From Candidatus Multivorans sp. (GTDB taxonomy: Bacteria; Acidobacteriota; Thermoanaerobaculia; Multivoradales; Multivoraceae), in assembly GCA_965247095.1 (NCBI GenBank), contig OZ251997.1:3008001-3072000 (forward strand): a DNA stretch of 64,000 nucleotides, in the 5' to 3' direction. A program made the position numbers and the translations under genes. Below, in pieces: positions 29,529 through 39,162 of the stretch (position 1 is its first letter; every line of letters starts with the position of its first letter). Under the pieces are notes generated by a model. That model was given only the letters and a program-made list of their open reading frames with translations, did no database searches and was not told where the DNA came from.

Positions 29529-30541
29529 TCCGCGTCGGGATAAACGGCTTCGGTCGCATCGGGCGCAGCGTCTTCCGCATCCTCGCCAGCCGTCCCGACG
29601 TGCAGGTCGTCGGCATCAACGACCTGTTCGACGCGGAGCGCCTCGCCTACCTGCTGCGTTACGACACGGTGCAGGGAGTCTTCGACCAGGAGGTCGAGGT
29701 GACCGGGAACGGCCTGCGGGTCGGAGGCCGCCAGATCCGGCTCAGCGCGGAGCGGAATCCATCCCAGCTCCCCTGGAGTGAACTCGGGGTCGACATCGCC
29801 GTCGAGTCGACCGGTGTGTTCCGGACCCGCGCCCAGGTGGCGTTGCACCTCGATGCCGGCGCCTCGCGGGTTGTGCTCACGGTGCCGGCCAAGGACGAGA
29901 TCGACGCCATGATCGTGCTCGGGGTCAACGACGGCGATCTCGGTCCGGAGCATCGCGTGGTCTCCAACGCTTCCTGCACCACGAACTGCCTCGCGCCGCT
30001 GGCCAAGACCCTCGACGACGCCTTCGGTTTCGAGGAAGGGTTCATCACCACCATCCACGCGTACACCAACGGCCAGCGCCTGGTCGACTCACCGCACAGC
30101 GACCCGCGGCGCAGCCGCTCGGCGACCGCCAACATCATCCCGACCACGACGGGCGCCGCGCGCGCCGTGGGCAAGGTGCTGCCGCACCTGAACGGCCGCC
30201 TCGACGGGATGGCGATGCGGGTGCCCGTGGCGGACGGCTCGATCGTCGATCTGACCTGCAGGCTGCGCGGCGACGCCGCGGCGGAGGACGTGAACGCGGC
30301 GGCTTCGGCGGCGGCGGAGTCGAACCTGGCGGGCATCCTCCAGTACTCCGAAGACCCTCTAGTTTCGAGCGACATCCTCGGCAATCCCCATTCGTCGATC
30401 TTCGACGCGCCGCTGACCCGGGTCATTCCGGTTGAGGGCGGTGGCGTGTACGCCCGCGTCGTGTCGTGGTATGACAACGAGTGGGGCTACTCGAACCGGG
30501 TCGCGGATCTGATCGAGCGGCTGGCGCAGCTCGGGCCCTGA
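29525..30541 (+). CDS. gap: Type I glyceraldehyde-3-phosphate dehydrogenase
   Basis: GINGFGRIGR, ESTG.F, SNASCTTNCLAP, TTIHAYT, NIIPTTTGAA, WYDNEWGYS.R. Confidence 0.97.
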   Translation: MIRVGINGFGRIGRSVFRILASRPDVQVVGINDLFDAERLAYLLRYDTVQGVFDQEVEVTGNGLRVGGRQIRLSAERNPSQLPWSELGVDIAVESTGVFRTRAQVALHLDAGASRVVLTVPAKDEIDAMIVLGVNDGDLGPEHRVVSNASCTTNCLAPLAKTLDDAFGFEEGFITTIHAYTNGQRLVDSPHSDPRRSRSATANIIPTTTGAARAVGKVLPHLNGRLDGMAMRVPVADGSIVDLTCRLRGDAAAEDVNAAASAAAESNLAGILQYSEDPLVSSDILGNPHSSIFDAPLTRVIPVEGGGVYARVVSWYDNEWGYSNRVADLIERLAQLGP

Positions 30542-30596
30542 CCCAAGTCGGCGCCGCCCCGTCCGGGGCCGCCCGCCCCGTCTTCAGTTCCGTTCG

Positions 30597-31259
30597 ATGG
30601 ACATTCGTTCCCTACTTGATTCGGCGCCCATCCTGCCCCTGCTCAGGATCGAGCGGGAGGAGGATGCCGTGCCCTTGGCCGGCGCCCTGCTCGAAGGCGG
30701 CATCGTGGTGCAGGAGGTGGCGCTTCGCACTCCGGCCGCCCTGCCGGCGATCGCCCGCATCGCGAAGGAACTCCCGGAGGTCATCGTCGGCGCCGGGACG
30801 GTGCGTAGGGCGGAGGACGTCTACGCGGCGCGCGACGCCGGCGCCCGTTTCGGGGTCAGTCCGGGGATCACCTCCGAGATCGCGATGGCCGTGCACGACG
30901 CCCTGATGCCCTTCCTGCCCGGCGTGGCGACGCCGTCCGAGATCCAGGGCGCGGTGGACCTGGGTTTCTTCACCTGCAAGTTCTTCCCGGCGCCTGCCTG
31001 CGGCGGCCTGACCTTCCTGCGCGCCGTCCGCAGCCCGTTCCCCGAGGTCGCTTTCTGTCCGACGGGCAACCTGGACCGCACCAGCTACCGGGAGTACCTC
31101 GCCGAGCCGAATGTCGTCTTGGTCGGGGTTTCCTGGATCACGCCGCCCGAGGCCGTCGCGGCCCGGGCCTGGGGCCGTGTCGCGGAACTGGCCCGGGCGA
31201 CGGTCGAGGAAGTCCACGACGTGGCCGGCGCCGTGCCGGCCGCCGCGGGCGAATCGTAG
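30597..31259 (+). CDS. eda: KDPG/KHG aldolase
   Basis: GG....EV.LRT, VGAGTV, GA.F.VSPG, PGVATPSE, KFFPA, FCPTG. Confidence 0.92.
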   Translation: MDIRSLLDSAPILPLLRIEREEDAVPLAGALLEGGIVVQEVALRTPAALPAIARIAKELPEVIVGAGTVRRAEDVYAARDAGARFGVSPGITSEIAMAVHDALMPFLPGVATPSEIQGAVDLGFFTCKFFPAPACGGLTFLRAVRSPFPEVAFCPTGNLDRTSYREYLAEPNVVLVGVSWITPPEAVAARAWGRVAELARATVEEVHDVAGAVPAAAGES

Positions 31260-31278
31260 CCGGGAGACGGAGGCAACC

Positions 31279-32727
31279 GTGCAGCGCCGAGCCAAGATCG
31301 TCGCCACGGTTGGCCCGGCGAGCTCGAACCCCAAGACTCTCGCGCGGCTGATCCGCGCCGGCGTCAACGTCGTCCGGCTGAACCAGTCCCACGGCACCCG
31401 GGAGGAGCATCGCCGGCTCATCCGGCTGGTGCGGCAGGTCAGCGAGGAGGCCGACCGGTCGGTCGGCGTGATGGTCGACCTGATGGGGCCCCGGCACCGG
31501 CTCGACCACTTCGAGGGCGTGCGGGTGCTCAAGCGGGGCGACGTCGTTGCCCTGGGCGCGGGCGCCGGTGCGGACCTGGCGCTCGACCGCGACATGGTCG
31601 AGCACGTCCAGCCGGACGAACAGATCCTGATCGACGACGGCCGGGTGCAGTTGGAGGTCCGGTCGAAGGACGAGGAGAAGATCGAGGCGGAGGTCATCAT
31701 CGGCGGCGCCGTGTCGAGCCGCAAGGGCGTGAACCTGCCCGACAGCCATCTGCCGTTCCACATCTCGGACAAGGACCTGGGCGATATCCGGATGGCGGTC
31801 GAGGAGGACGCCGACTTTCTCGCGGCCAGCTACATCGGCACCCCGGCGGACGTGGTTCAGGTGCGGGAAGCGTCGCGCGCGGCGGGCCGCAGCCTGCAAG
31901 TCATCGCCAAGCTGGAGCGTCGGCGGGCGCTGGAGCACCTCGACGAGATCGTGCTCGAGTCCGACGGCGTGATGGTGGCGCGGGGTGACTTGGGGGTCGA
32001 GATTCCGTTGCACCAGGTGCCCGTGGTGCAGAAGCAGATCATTGAGAGCGGCTGGCGACACCTGCGTCCCGTGATCGTGGCAACCCAGATGCTGGAGTCG
32101 ATGATCGAGCATCCGCGGCCGACCCGAGCCGAATCGTCGGACGTGGCGAACGCCGTGTTCGACGGCGCCGACGCGATGATGCTCTCCGGCGAGAGCGCCG
32201 CCGGCCGCTATCCCCTGGAAGCGGTGCAGACGATGCACCGGATCATCGCCGAGTCGGAGCGTTACCAGCTCTCGAAGCACACCTCCCAGCCGGTTGGATT
32301 CCACACGATGGAAGTCGGCCCCTACGACATCGAACCGCCGAACCGGTTGGGCGGGCTGGAGATCCCGGAGACGATCTCGGCCGCGGCCATCCTGTCGGCT
32401 CGGCATCTGAGCGCGCAGGGAATCGTGGTCCTCAGCCAGGGCGGTTTCACGGCCCGTCAGGTCGGCTGCCGCCGGCCGTCGACGCCGGTGCTGGCCTTCA
32501 CCCGCGATCCGCGGACGATGCGCGAACTCCAGCTCGTGTGGGGCGTTCAAGGTGTGCGGATGGACCAGGAGGTCTACCACCACGACGAGGTCGTCACGAT
32601 GGTGGACCGGCAACTCCTCGCCGGCAGCCTGGCCCTGCCCGGCGACACGATCGTGCTGCTGATGGGTGACCCGATCCAGGATCGTCCGCCGACGAACCTG
32701 GTGCGGATTCACCGCGTCCGGGCGTAG
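31279..32727 (+). CDS. pyk: Pyruvate kinase
   Basis: KIVATVGP, RLN.SHG, KGVNLP, IAKLE, DGVMVARGDLGVE, ATQMLESM, MLSGESA.G.YP; GGAGG RBS before GTG 31279. Confidence 0.96.
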   Translation: MQRRAKIVATVGPASSNPKTLARLIRAGVNVVRLNQSHGTREEHRRLIRLVRQVSEEADRSVGVMVDLMGPRHRLDHFEGVRVLKRGDVVALGAGAGADLALDRDMVEHVQPDEQILIDDGRVQLEVRSKDEEKIEAEVIIGGAVSSRKGVNLPDSHLPFHISDKDLGDIRMAVEEDADFLAASYIGTPADVVQVREASRAAGRSLQVIAKLERRRALEHLDEIVLESDGVMVARGDLGVEIPLHQVPVVQKQIIESGWRHLRPVIVATQMLESMIEHPRPTRAESSDVANAVFDGADAMMLSGESAAGRYPLEAVQTMHRIIAESERYQLSKHTSQPVGFHTMEVGPYDIEPPNRLGGLEIPETISAAAILSARHLSAQGIVVLSQGGFTARQVGCRRPSTPVLAFTRDPRTMRELQLVWGVQGVRMDQEVYHHDEVVTMVDRQLLAGSLALPGDTIVLLMGDPIQDRPPTNLVRIHRVRA

Positions 32728-32744
32728 CGCTACGATCACGCGCC

Positions 32745-33923
32745 ATGACCGACAACGATCTTCAAATCTCAATCGAGCGGGATTACCCCTACCTCCGCGA
32801 CCCGGTGCGCCGGATCTGCGAGCAGTTTCCGGGCGAGTACTGGCGGCGTCTAGATGCCGCGGCCGAGTATCCGACCGAGTTCGTGCAGGCGCTGACCGAA
32901 CACGAGTACCTCGGCTGCCTGATTCCCGAGGAGTACGGCGGGTCCGGTCTGCCGCTGCGCGCCGCGTCCGTCGTCCTGGAGACGATCCACTCCTCCGGCT
33001 GCAACGCGGCCGCGTGCCACGCCCAGATGTACACGATGGGCACGATGCTCCGCCACGGCAGCGACGAGCAGAAGCAGGAGTACCTGCCGAAGATCGCCAG
33101 CGGGGAACTGCGGCTGCAGGCGTTCGGCGTCACCGAGCCGGTAACCGGTTCCGACACGACCCAGTTGCGGACCACCGCGGTCCGCGACGGCGACACCTAC
33201 GTCGTCAACGGCCAGAAGATCTGGACCAGCCGCGCGCTCCATTCCGACCTGATGGTCCTGCTCGCCCGCACCACGCCGGCGGACCAGGTCGAGAAGCGGT
33301 CGCGCGGCCTGTCCGTGTTCCTGGTCGATCTACGCGAGGCGCGCGGCAACGGTCTCGAGATCCAACCGATCGAGACGATGATCAACCACGGCACCACCCA
33401 GGTCTTCTTCGACAACTTGCGCATCCCGGTCAGCAGCCGGATCGGCGACGAGGGGCACGGTTTCAAGTACATCCTGAGCGGCATGAACGCGGAGCGCATC
33501 CTGCTCGCCTCCGAGGCGATCGGCGACGCCCGCTACTTCATTCGCCGCGCCGTGGAGTACGCGAACGAGCGCGAGGTCTTCGGCCGGCCGATCGGCCAGA
33601 ACCAGGGCATCCAATTCCCGATCGCCCGTGCCCACGCCGAGACCGACGCCGCCGAAATGATCGTCCGCAAGGCCGCCGCCCTCTACGACGCCGGCCGCGA
33701 ATGCGGCGCCGAAGCGAACAGCGCCAAGCTCCTCGCCTCCGAAGCCGCCTGGAACGCCGGCGACACCTGCTTCCAGACCTTCGGCGGCTTCGCCTTCGCC
33801 ACCGAGTACGACATCGAACGCAAGTGGCGCGAATGCCGCCTGTTCCAGACCGCCCCGATCTCGACCAACCTTGTCCTCACGTACCTCGCCCAGCACGTGC
33901 TGGGCCTGCCGCGGAGCTACTGA
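32745..33923 (+). CDS. Acyl-CoA dehydrogenase family protein
   Basis: IPEEYGG.G, QAFGVTEP..GSD, NGQKIWTS, ER.VFGRPIGQNQG.QFP, Q.FGGF.F..EY.IER.WRE.RL. Confidence 0.93.
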   Translation: MTDNDLQISIERDYPYLRDPVRRICEQFPGEYWRRLDAAAEYPTEFVQALTEHEYLGCLIPEEYGGSGLPLRAASVVLETIHSSGCNAAACHAQMYTMGTMLRHGSDEQKQEYLPKIASGELRLQAFGVTEPVTGSDTTQLRTTAVRDGDTYVVNGQKIWTSRALHSDLMVLLARTTPADQVEKRSRGLSVFLVDLREARGNGLEIQPIETMINHGTTQVFFDNLRIPVSSRIGDEGHGFKYILSGMNAERILLASEAIGDARYFIRRAVEYANEREVFGRPIGQNQGIQFPIARAHAETDAAEMIVRKAAALYDAGRECGAEANSAKLLASEAAWNAGDTCFQTFGGFAFATEYDIERKWRECRLFQTAPISTNLVLTYLAQHVLGLPRSY

Positions 33924-34000
33924 GCCGGGCTCGACTGCGGACCGTCGGCGGCGCGGGGCCGTCGGCTGGCGTGGCGGCGTCGAATGCACCCGCCTTCTCC

Positions 34001-34230
34001 GGGTCCGAAGGGGTAAGGTCCCAGCGGCCGCGCCATCCGTGCGCCCGATGACGGGCGCACGGACTGGTTCACGGATGGCGCGGACCGCGCCACCCGGGTT
34101 CGCACTTATCGGATGAATGGGAGGTGGGTGCTCGCTGCGGTCGGCTGCGCTCCGGTTGGTCGTCGGTTTCTGGAGGGGCCTGGGCCGTCGCTTGCCGACA
34201 GCCTCGCTGGGACCTCACCCCTTCGGACCC
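34001..34230. repeat. 26-bp inverted-repeat pair (REP doublet / MITE-like)
   Basis: GGGTCCGAAGGGGTAAGGTCCCAGCG (34001-34026) vs CGCTGGGACCTCACCCCTTCGGACCC (34205-34230): 25/26 complementary around a non-coding spacer. Confidence 0.8.
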
Positions 34231-34300
34231 TGCGCAGGCTGGAGGGCGTCGGGTAGCGAGAAGGCCCCGGTCCGGCCGGAGGTATGGCTAGTAGCGGCCC

Positions 34301-36250
34301 TAGCCCGAAGTTCTGCGGTCCGATGCGTGAAATTCCCTGTAATGACGGGGCAAACTTGGGATTTGGGAGTGTTGTCTACTGGGTACGGTTGGTCAAGGTC
34401 GGAGGTTGAGGAGGCTGAACGCCTTGGCCTGAAGGGGTGTGGGTGTGGCCAGGACGTCCACGGCGGCGTTTCCCTGGCCCTGCATTCGGACGCGATTTCG
34501 GGTCAGTGTGGAGAGGTCGTCGAGCAGTGTCTGGAAGCTGTGGACGGGTAGTCCTTCCGGTGTGCGCCTGCGGCTCGCCTTGGCGCGGGCTGCCTGGGAC
34601 CGTCGAGCCGGCTGGACGGGCGAGGAGCGTTCGTCCCTTGGGTCGTCGTCGTCGAAGAGCAAGGGAGCGAGAAGGCGTCGCATGTGCCACTCGACGTAGT
34701 AGGCGAGCATGCACAGAAAGACGTGGGCTCGCACTCTGTTGGCGAGGCGATGGTGGACGGGGCGGACCTTGAGGTCGACGCTCTTGTAGCTGCGGAAGGC
34801 GCGCTCGACGCGGCTGAGGCTCTTGTAGGCCCGGACCGCCTCCGGCGCCGGGAGGTCGGCCTCGGCCACGTTGGTGCGGATGACGTAGAAGCCGTCGAGG
34901 GCGGCCTCTTCGGCGATCTGCGCCAGCTTGCGGGAGTAGCGGAAGCCGTCTTCTTCGATCTCGGTGTCGAAGTGCTTGCCGACCTTGTGGGCGCGCAGGG
35001 CGCGGTCGGCGCGGGCGGCGATCTTGTCCTTGCCCCGCAGGGAGCGCTGTGAGCGCCTCGTCGCTTCGGCGACGGCCTCAAGCTTGCGCTCGGTGGCGTC
35101 GAGAAGCTCCTCGCGCTTGCGGCGCCGCCTGGCTGCCAGGAGCGGGTTCCGGCACACGATCAGCCGCTCTCCGGGGTACAGCTCGGGGGCGCTCACTTCG
35201 GCCATGTCCCGTTCGTCGAAGATCGACAGTTGCAGGTGGCCTTGCTGCACCAGCGTGCGGATCGCCGGCGCGCGCAGGGCGGTGATCCAGGACAGACCGC
35301 CGGGTTCGAGGTCCTCGCGGATGCGGGCGCTGGTGAGCAGGCCCCGATCGCCGACCATGATCATGCGGTCGAGCGAGAAGCGCTCCTTGAGCTTCTGCAC
35401 CTGGGCGCTCAACGTGCCGGGATCGGCGGTGTTGCCTTCGAAGACCTCGACCGCGACCGGGCATCCGTCCCGGTCGCAGAGCAGCGCGAAGACGATCTGG
35501 GGCTTGCCCGGCTTGCCGTCCTTGGAGTATCCGCGCCGGGCGAGGGCGCACTTCGCGCCCTCGAAGTAGACCGAAGTCACGTCGCACAAGACGAGGGAAC
35601 CGTCTTCGAGGTGCTGTTTGGCCAACCGTCGCTCGATGCGTTCCTGCCGCTTGAGCAGCCAGTCCATGGCGCTGTAGAGCTCGTCGGCGCCCGCCTCCTC
35701 GATTCCGACTTCCTCGCCGAGGGAGTGGGGCGAGGTCTCGCTTGAGAGTCCGCGGGCGGTGGCGAGCTTGGAGCCTGGTTCCAGGATGCGCGCGACGATC
35801 ATGGCGACCGCGAGCGTCCGCTCCCGTGAGGGTCGGCGGTCGAGCAGTGTCTGGAGGCCGCATTGTCGCGCGGCGCCGAGCGTGGCGGCGACATGACCGT
35901 GCGGCTTGGAACGCAGGATCTCGAAGGCCGAGTCCAGGGAAGGCAGTGCGACGCCGCCCTTGAGGAGAGTGCGAAGCCCCTCGACGAGATGATCGGGCCA
36001 CTTGGAGAGGTTCGCGAGCGTCCGTTTGCAGACTCTTCCGTCCTGTCGGTACGACTCGCGCAGGAGCACGGCGGGTGGCGAGTTGCGGTTGGGTACGCGT
36101 TCGATGTACATGGCTTCTATCTTAGCTCTACCATGTCTCCATGTCTACCACGATTGACTGTACGACATGGGTACATGGTGCGGCCCGGAAACCGTAAAGC
36201 CCTAGGCGCGGCAACGATCCGCGACGCTCAGGCCTCAGAACTTCGGCCTA
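34301..36250 (-). mobile_element. IS1634-family insertion sequence
   Basis: Imperfect terminal IRs TAGCCCGAAGTTCTGCGG (34301) and CCTCAGAACTTCGGCCTA (to 36250) flanking the transposase; no clear target duplication. Confidence 0.85.
34393..36111 (-). CDS. IS1634-family DDE transposase
   Basis: MYIERVPNRNSPPAVLLRESYR, D.TS.YFEG, GYS.D, VGDRG, YK.L..VERAFR..K..DL.VRP, RVRAHVFLCMLAYY. Confidence 0.93.
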   Translation of the reverse strand: MYIERVPNRNSPPAVLLRESYRQDGRVCKRTLANLSKWPDHLVEGLRTLLKGGVALPSLDSAFEILRSKPHGHVAATLGAARQCGLQTLLDRRPSRERTLAVAMIVARILEPGSKLATARGLSSETSPHSLGEEVGIEEAGADELYSAMDWLLKRQERIERRLAKQHLEDGSLVLCDVTSVYFEGAKCALARRGYSKDGKPGKPQIVFALLCDRDGCPVAVEVFEGNTADPGTLSAQVQKLKERFSLDRMIMVGDRGLLTSARIREDLEPGGLSWITALRAPAIRTLVQQGHLQLSIFDERDMAEVSAPELYPGERLIVCRNPLLAARRRRKREELLDATERKLEAVAEATRRSQRSLRGKDKIAARADRALRAHKVGKHFDTEIEEDGFRYSRKLAQIAEEAALDGFYVIRTNVAEADLPAPEAVRAYKSLSRVERAFRSYKSVDLKVRPVHHRLANRVRAHVFLCMLAYYVEWHMRRLLAPLLFDDDDPRDERSSPVQPARRSQAARAKASRRRTPEGLPVHSFQTLLDDLSTLTRNRVRMQGQGNAAVDVLATPTPLQAKAFSLLNLRP

Positions 36251-36428
36251 AGGGACGTAAGCGCTGGGCTGGTCCTTTGGTTGCTGACGAGCTGGGTGGG
36301 GAACGGCCGATTGGGTGGAGGCATGGCTCGGAAACTGAGCCACCCAACGCTCGGAAAGTGATCCACCCTCGGCCCTGACACCGGTAGCTTGGTCTTGTTC
36401 AGTAGACCAACGCGATCGGAGGAAGGAC

Positions 36429-37870
36429 TTGCTGAGGATGGATCAGGTTCATGTTATTCGGCACCAGGTGCTGGTGGAGGGTCGGAGCCAGCGCTCGGTG
36501 GCTCGGGAGCACGGTGTGAGCCGCAACACGGTGCGCAAGTACCTGGATCAGAGCGAGCCGCGGCGGGTGGAGAGCAGGCCGCGGCGGCGGCTGGTGACGG
36601 AGCGTGTGGCTCCTCGTCTGGAGGAGTTGCTGAGGACGTGGTCTCGCCGGACGACGGCGAAGCAGCGTCTGACGGCGACGCGTCTGCATCGCCAGTTGCT
36701 GGAGGATGGCTACGAGGTCGGGATCACGACGATTCGCAGCTACGTTCGGGAGTGGAAGCGTCAGCGCCAGGAGACGTTCATTCCGCTGGTGCACCGTGCC
36801 GGCGAGTGCGGCCAGGTGGACTTCTTCGAGGTGACGGTGGAGGAGGACGGTGTGGCGCACCGGGTGTGGAAGTTCCTGCTGCACCTGCCGTACTCAGGCC
36901 GTTCGTTCGTGTGGCTGTACGACCGCTGCGACCAGGTGGCGTTCCTCGACGGCCACGTGCGGGCGTTCGCGCACTTCGGCGGCGTGCCGCTGCGTCTGGT
37001 CTACGACAATCTGAGTGCGGCGGTGCGTCGGCGGGTGGGCGGCGAGCGTCAGTTGACGGCTCGATTCCAAGCGCTGGTGAGCCACTACCTGTTCGAGCCT
37101 TGCTTCGCCCGCCCCGGCGAGGGGCACGACAAGGGCAGCGTGGAGTCGCGCGGCAAGGGAATCCGTCTGGCGCACATGAGTCCGGTGCCTCAAGGCCGCA
37201 CCCTGGAGGAGATCGCACGGGCGTGCTGGCTTCGGTCGACGCGGCACACAGTCAGCGCGCCCGGTGGCAGGAGGAGCAGGCAGCTCTGCGCGAGCTGCCG
37301 CCGACCGCGTTCGAGGCAAGGAAGCTCAGGATCGTGCGGGTGTCGCGCCAGGCGACGGTGCAGTTGGGCGGCGCGATCTACTCGGTTCCCTCGCGGTGGA
37401 AGAGCCTCCAGGTCCATGCCCGCGTCGGTACGGGCGACATCGTCTTCACCTGTCGCGACGCGGAGTACCGCTGCGCTCTGGTGCGGCCGGGACAGCGCCT
37501 GGTGCGCTACGCGCACTACTTCGAGGAGCTGTCCCGGAAGCCTCAGGCGGTGCGACAGGTGGCTCCGGAGCTGCTCGCGGAGCTTGGCCCGGCCTATCGC
37601 AAGCTATGGAGAATGCTGGAGTTGCGGCACGGCGCGCTGGAGACGGCGCGGCTCTTCGCCAAGCTGTTGAGCGTGGTCACAGACCACGGCAGCGAGGAGG
37701 TAGCCGCCGCACTCGAGGAGGCCCTGACCGCCGGTCGCTTCGACCTTCTGGGACTCGCCCTGCGGAGTCCCGCCTCCAAGATCGAGGTGCCGGAGCCGCT
37801 CCGCCGCCACGACATCGAGAGCGCTCGCGCCGCCGACTTCGACGTGCTGCTTCAGGAGGCGGCATCGTGA
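36429..37870 (+). pseudogene. istA: IS21 transposase IstA with a frameshift near 37220
   Basis: HTH, GQVDF, F.HFGGVP....YDN, DKG.VE in the first frame; the C-terminal part (YSVP, KPQAVRQ) continues in another frame. One G appears missing in GCACGGGCGTG. Confidence 0.85.
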
Positions 37871-38619
37871 GCCGGGCGGCACGCAGAGCCGTCATCGCCG
37901 AGGGCCTCAAGATGCTCAAGATGCCTTCCGTGCTGCGCGACTACGAGCAGCGGGCGCGTCAGGCCCAGGACGCACAGTGGGACTACGAGGACTACCTGTG
38001 GCAACTGCTCGAGACCGAGATTCGGGACCGTGAGGCCCGCACCGTCGAGCGCCGGCTGCGCGCGGCCCGCTTCCCCGACCACAAGACCCTCGAGCAGATC
38101 GACTTCCAGGCGCTACAGGGAGTGTCCAAACCGAAGCTGCGCGAGCTGGCCTCCTGCGACTACATCGACCGCGGCGACGACGTCGTCCTCGTCGGACCCA
38201 TCGGCACCGGCAAGACGCATCTCGCGATCGCACTCGGCATCGAGGCCGCGAAGCGCCGCCGCCGGGTCTGGTTCCGCAAGGCCTCCGACCTCGTCCGCGA
38301 CCTGATCGAAGCCCGCGATCAGCGGGAGTTGGGGCGCCTGCAGCAGTGGCTACAGCGGGTGGATCTACTGATCTGCGACGAGCTCGGCTTCGTGCCATTC
38401 GACCGCGCCGGCGGCGAGTTGCTCTTCAACGTCTTCGCCGACCGTTACGAGCGCCGCTCGACCATCGTCACCTCCAACCTCGCCTTCTCCGAATGGGTCC
38501 GCGTATTCGGCGACGAAAAGCTCACCACGGCTCTGCTCGACCGCCTCTCCCACCACGCCCACATCCTCGCCACCAAGGGCTCCTCCTATCGGACTCGGCT
38601 GCGGAGAAGCCCTTCGTGA
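37867..38619 (+). CDS. istB: IS21 helper ATPase IstB
   Basis: A.FP..KTL, GPIGTGKTHLAIALG, DLLICDELGF, RYER.S.IVTSNL.FSEW, ALLDRL.HH, G.SYR; GTG overlaps the istA TGA. Confidence 0.95.
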   Translation: MSRAARRAVIAEGLKMLKMPSVLRDYEQRARQAQDAQWDYEDYLWQLLETEIRDREARTVERRLRAARFPDHKTLEQIDFQALQGVSKPKLRELASCDYIDRGDDVVLVGPIGTGKTHLAIALGIEAAKRRRRVWFRKASDLVRDLIEARDQRELGRLQQWLQRVDLLICDELGFVPFDRAGGELLFNVFADRYERRSTIVTSNLAFSEWVRVFGDEKLTTALLDRLSHHAHILATKGSSYRTRLRRSPS

Positions 38620-38686
38620 ATCCGGATCGCACGACGCGCAACCGGACCGCCGCGGCGCCGCCGCTGAGAGCACCGCAACGGCCGCC

Positions 38687-38781
38687 GGCTGCGGAAGCTG
38701 CCGGCGCCGCGGAAAACGGCAGACCGTTTCCCGCACCGCCTTGGAAAACCGGCAGACCGGTTTCCCACAGCTACCGCAGCC
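38687..38781 (+). other. Multi-branch structured element in the IS21 3' non-coding region (candidate ncRNA)
   Basis: Outer stem 38687-38700 / 38768-38781 (13/14 bp) enclosing two near-identical hairpins GGAAAA(C)CGG-CAGA-CCG(G)TTTCC. Confidence 0.55.
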
Positions 38782-39162
38782 GCTACGGCTACTGACTCAA
38801 GGGGACCGACGAGAGAAGACTCGCGTACACTCAACACGGCCGACGTGGCTCACTTTCCAAACGGTGGGTGGCTCACTTTCCGAGCGTTGCCAACAATTGG
38901 GAGCCAACGAGCCGTTCGTGAGGCCTCGAAAAGGCACCCCACCGTAGGTCTTGGGTCACGTGAGTGGCCGTATGTCCGAGAGTCGAACCTCCTCCAACTT
39001 CTTGTCTGGATCATACTCTCTTTCCGCGACGCGGAGAATGATCCTCTTGATCGTCTCTGTGAGAAACTGGGTTTCGCTGCTCGTGAGTTCCCAACGTACT
39101 CCTGCCGCCTTCCGGGCGTAGGTGCCACCCGCCTTCGACAACGACATCGGATGGTTTTCAGT

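Larger units (their letters stand above)
36316..38895 (+). mobile_element. IS21-family insertion sequence with 6-bp target duplication
   Basis: TG...CA ends; 30-bp IRs match 25/30 (TGGAGGCATGGCTCGGAAACTGAGCCACCC vs reverse complement of the right end); internal repeats of the GGAAAGTGAGCCACC motif; ATTGGG direct repeat at 36310-36315 and 38896-38901. Confidence 0.93.

Noticed and set aside
36429-37870. Programmed ribosomal frameshift in istA
   Set aside because: No slippery X XXY YYZ or A6G site at the shift, and it falls mid-IstA rather than at the istA/istB junction.
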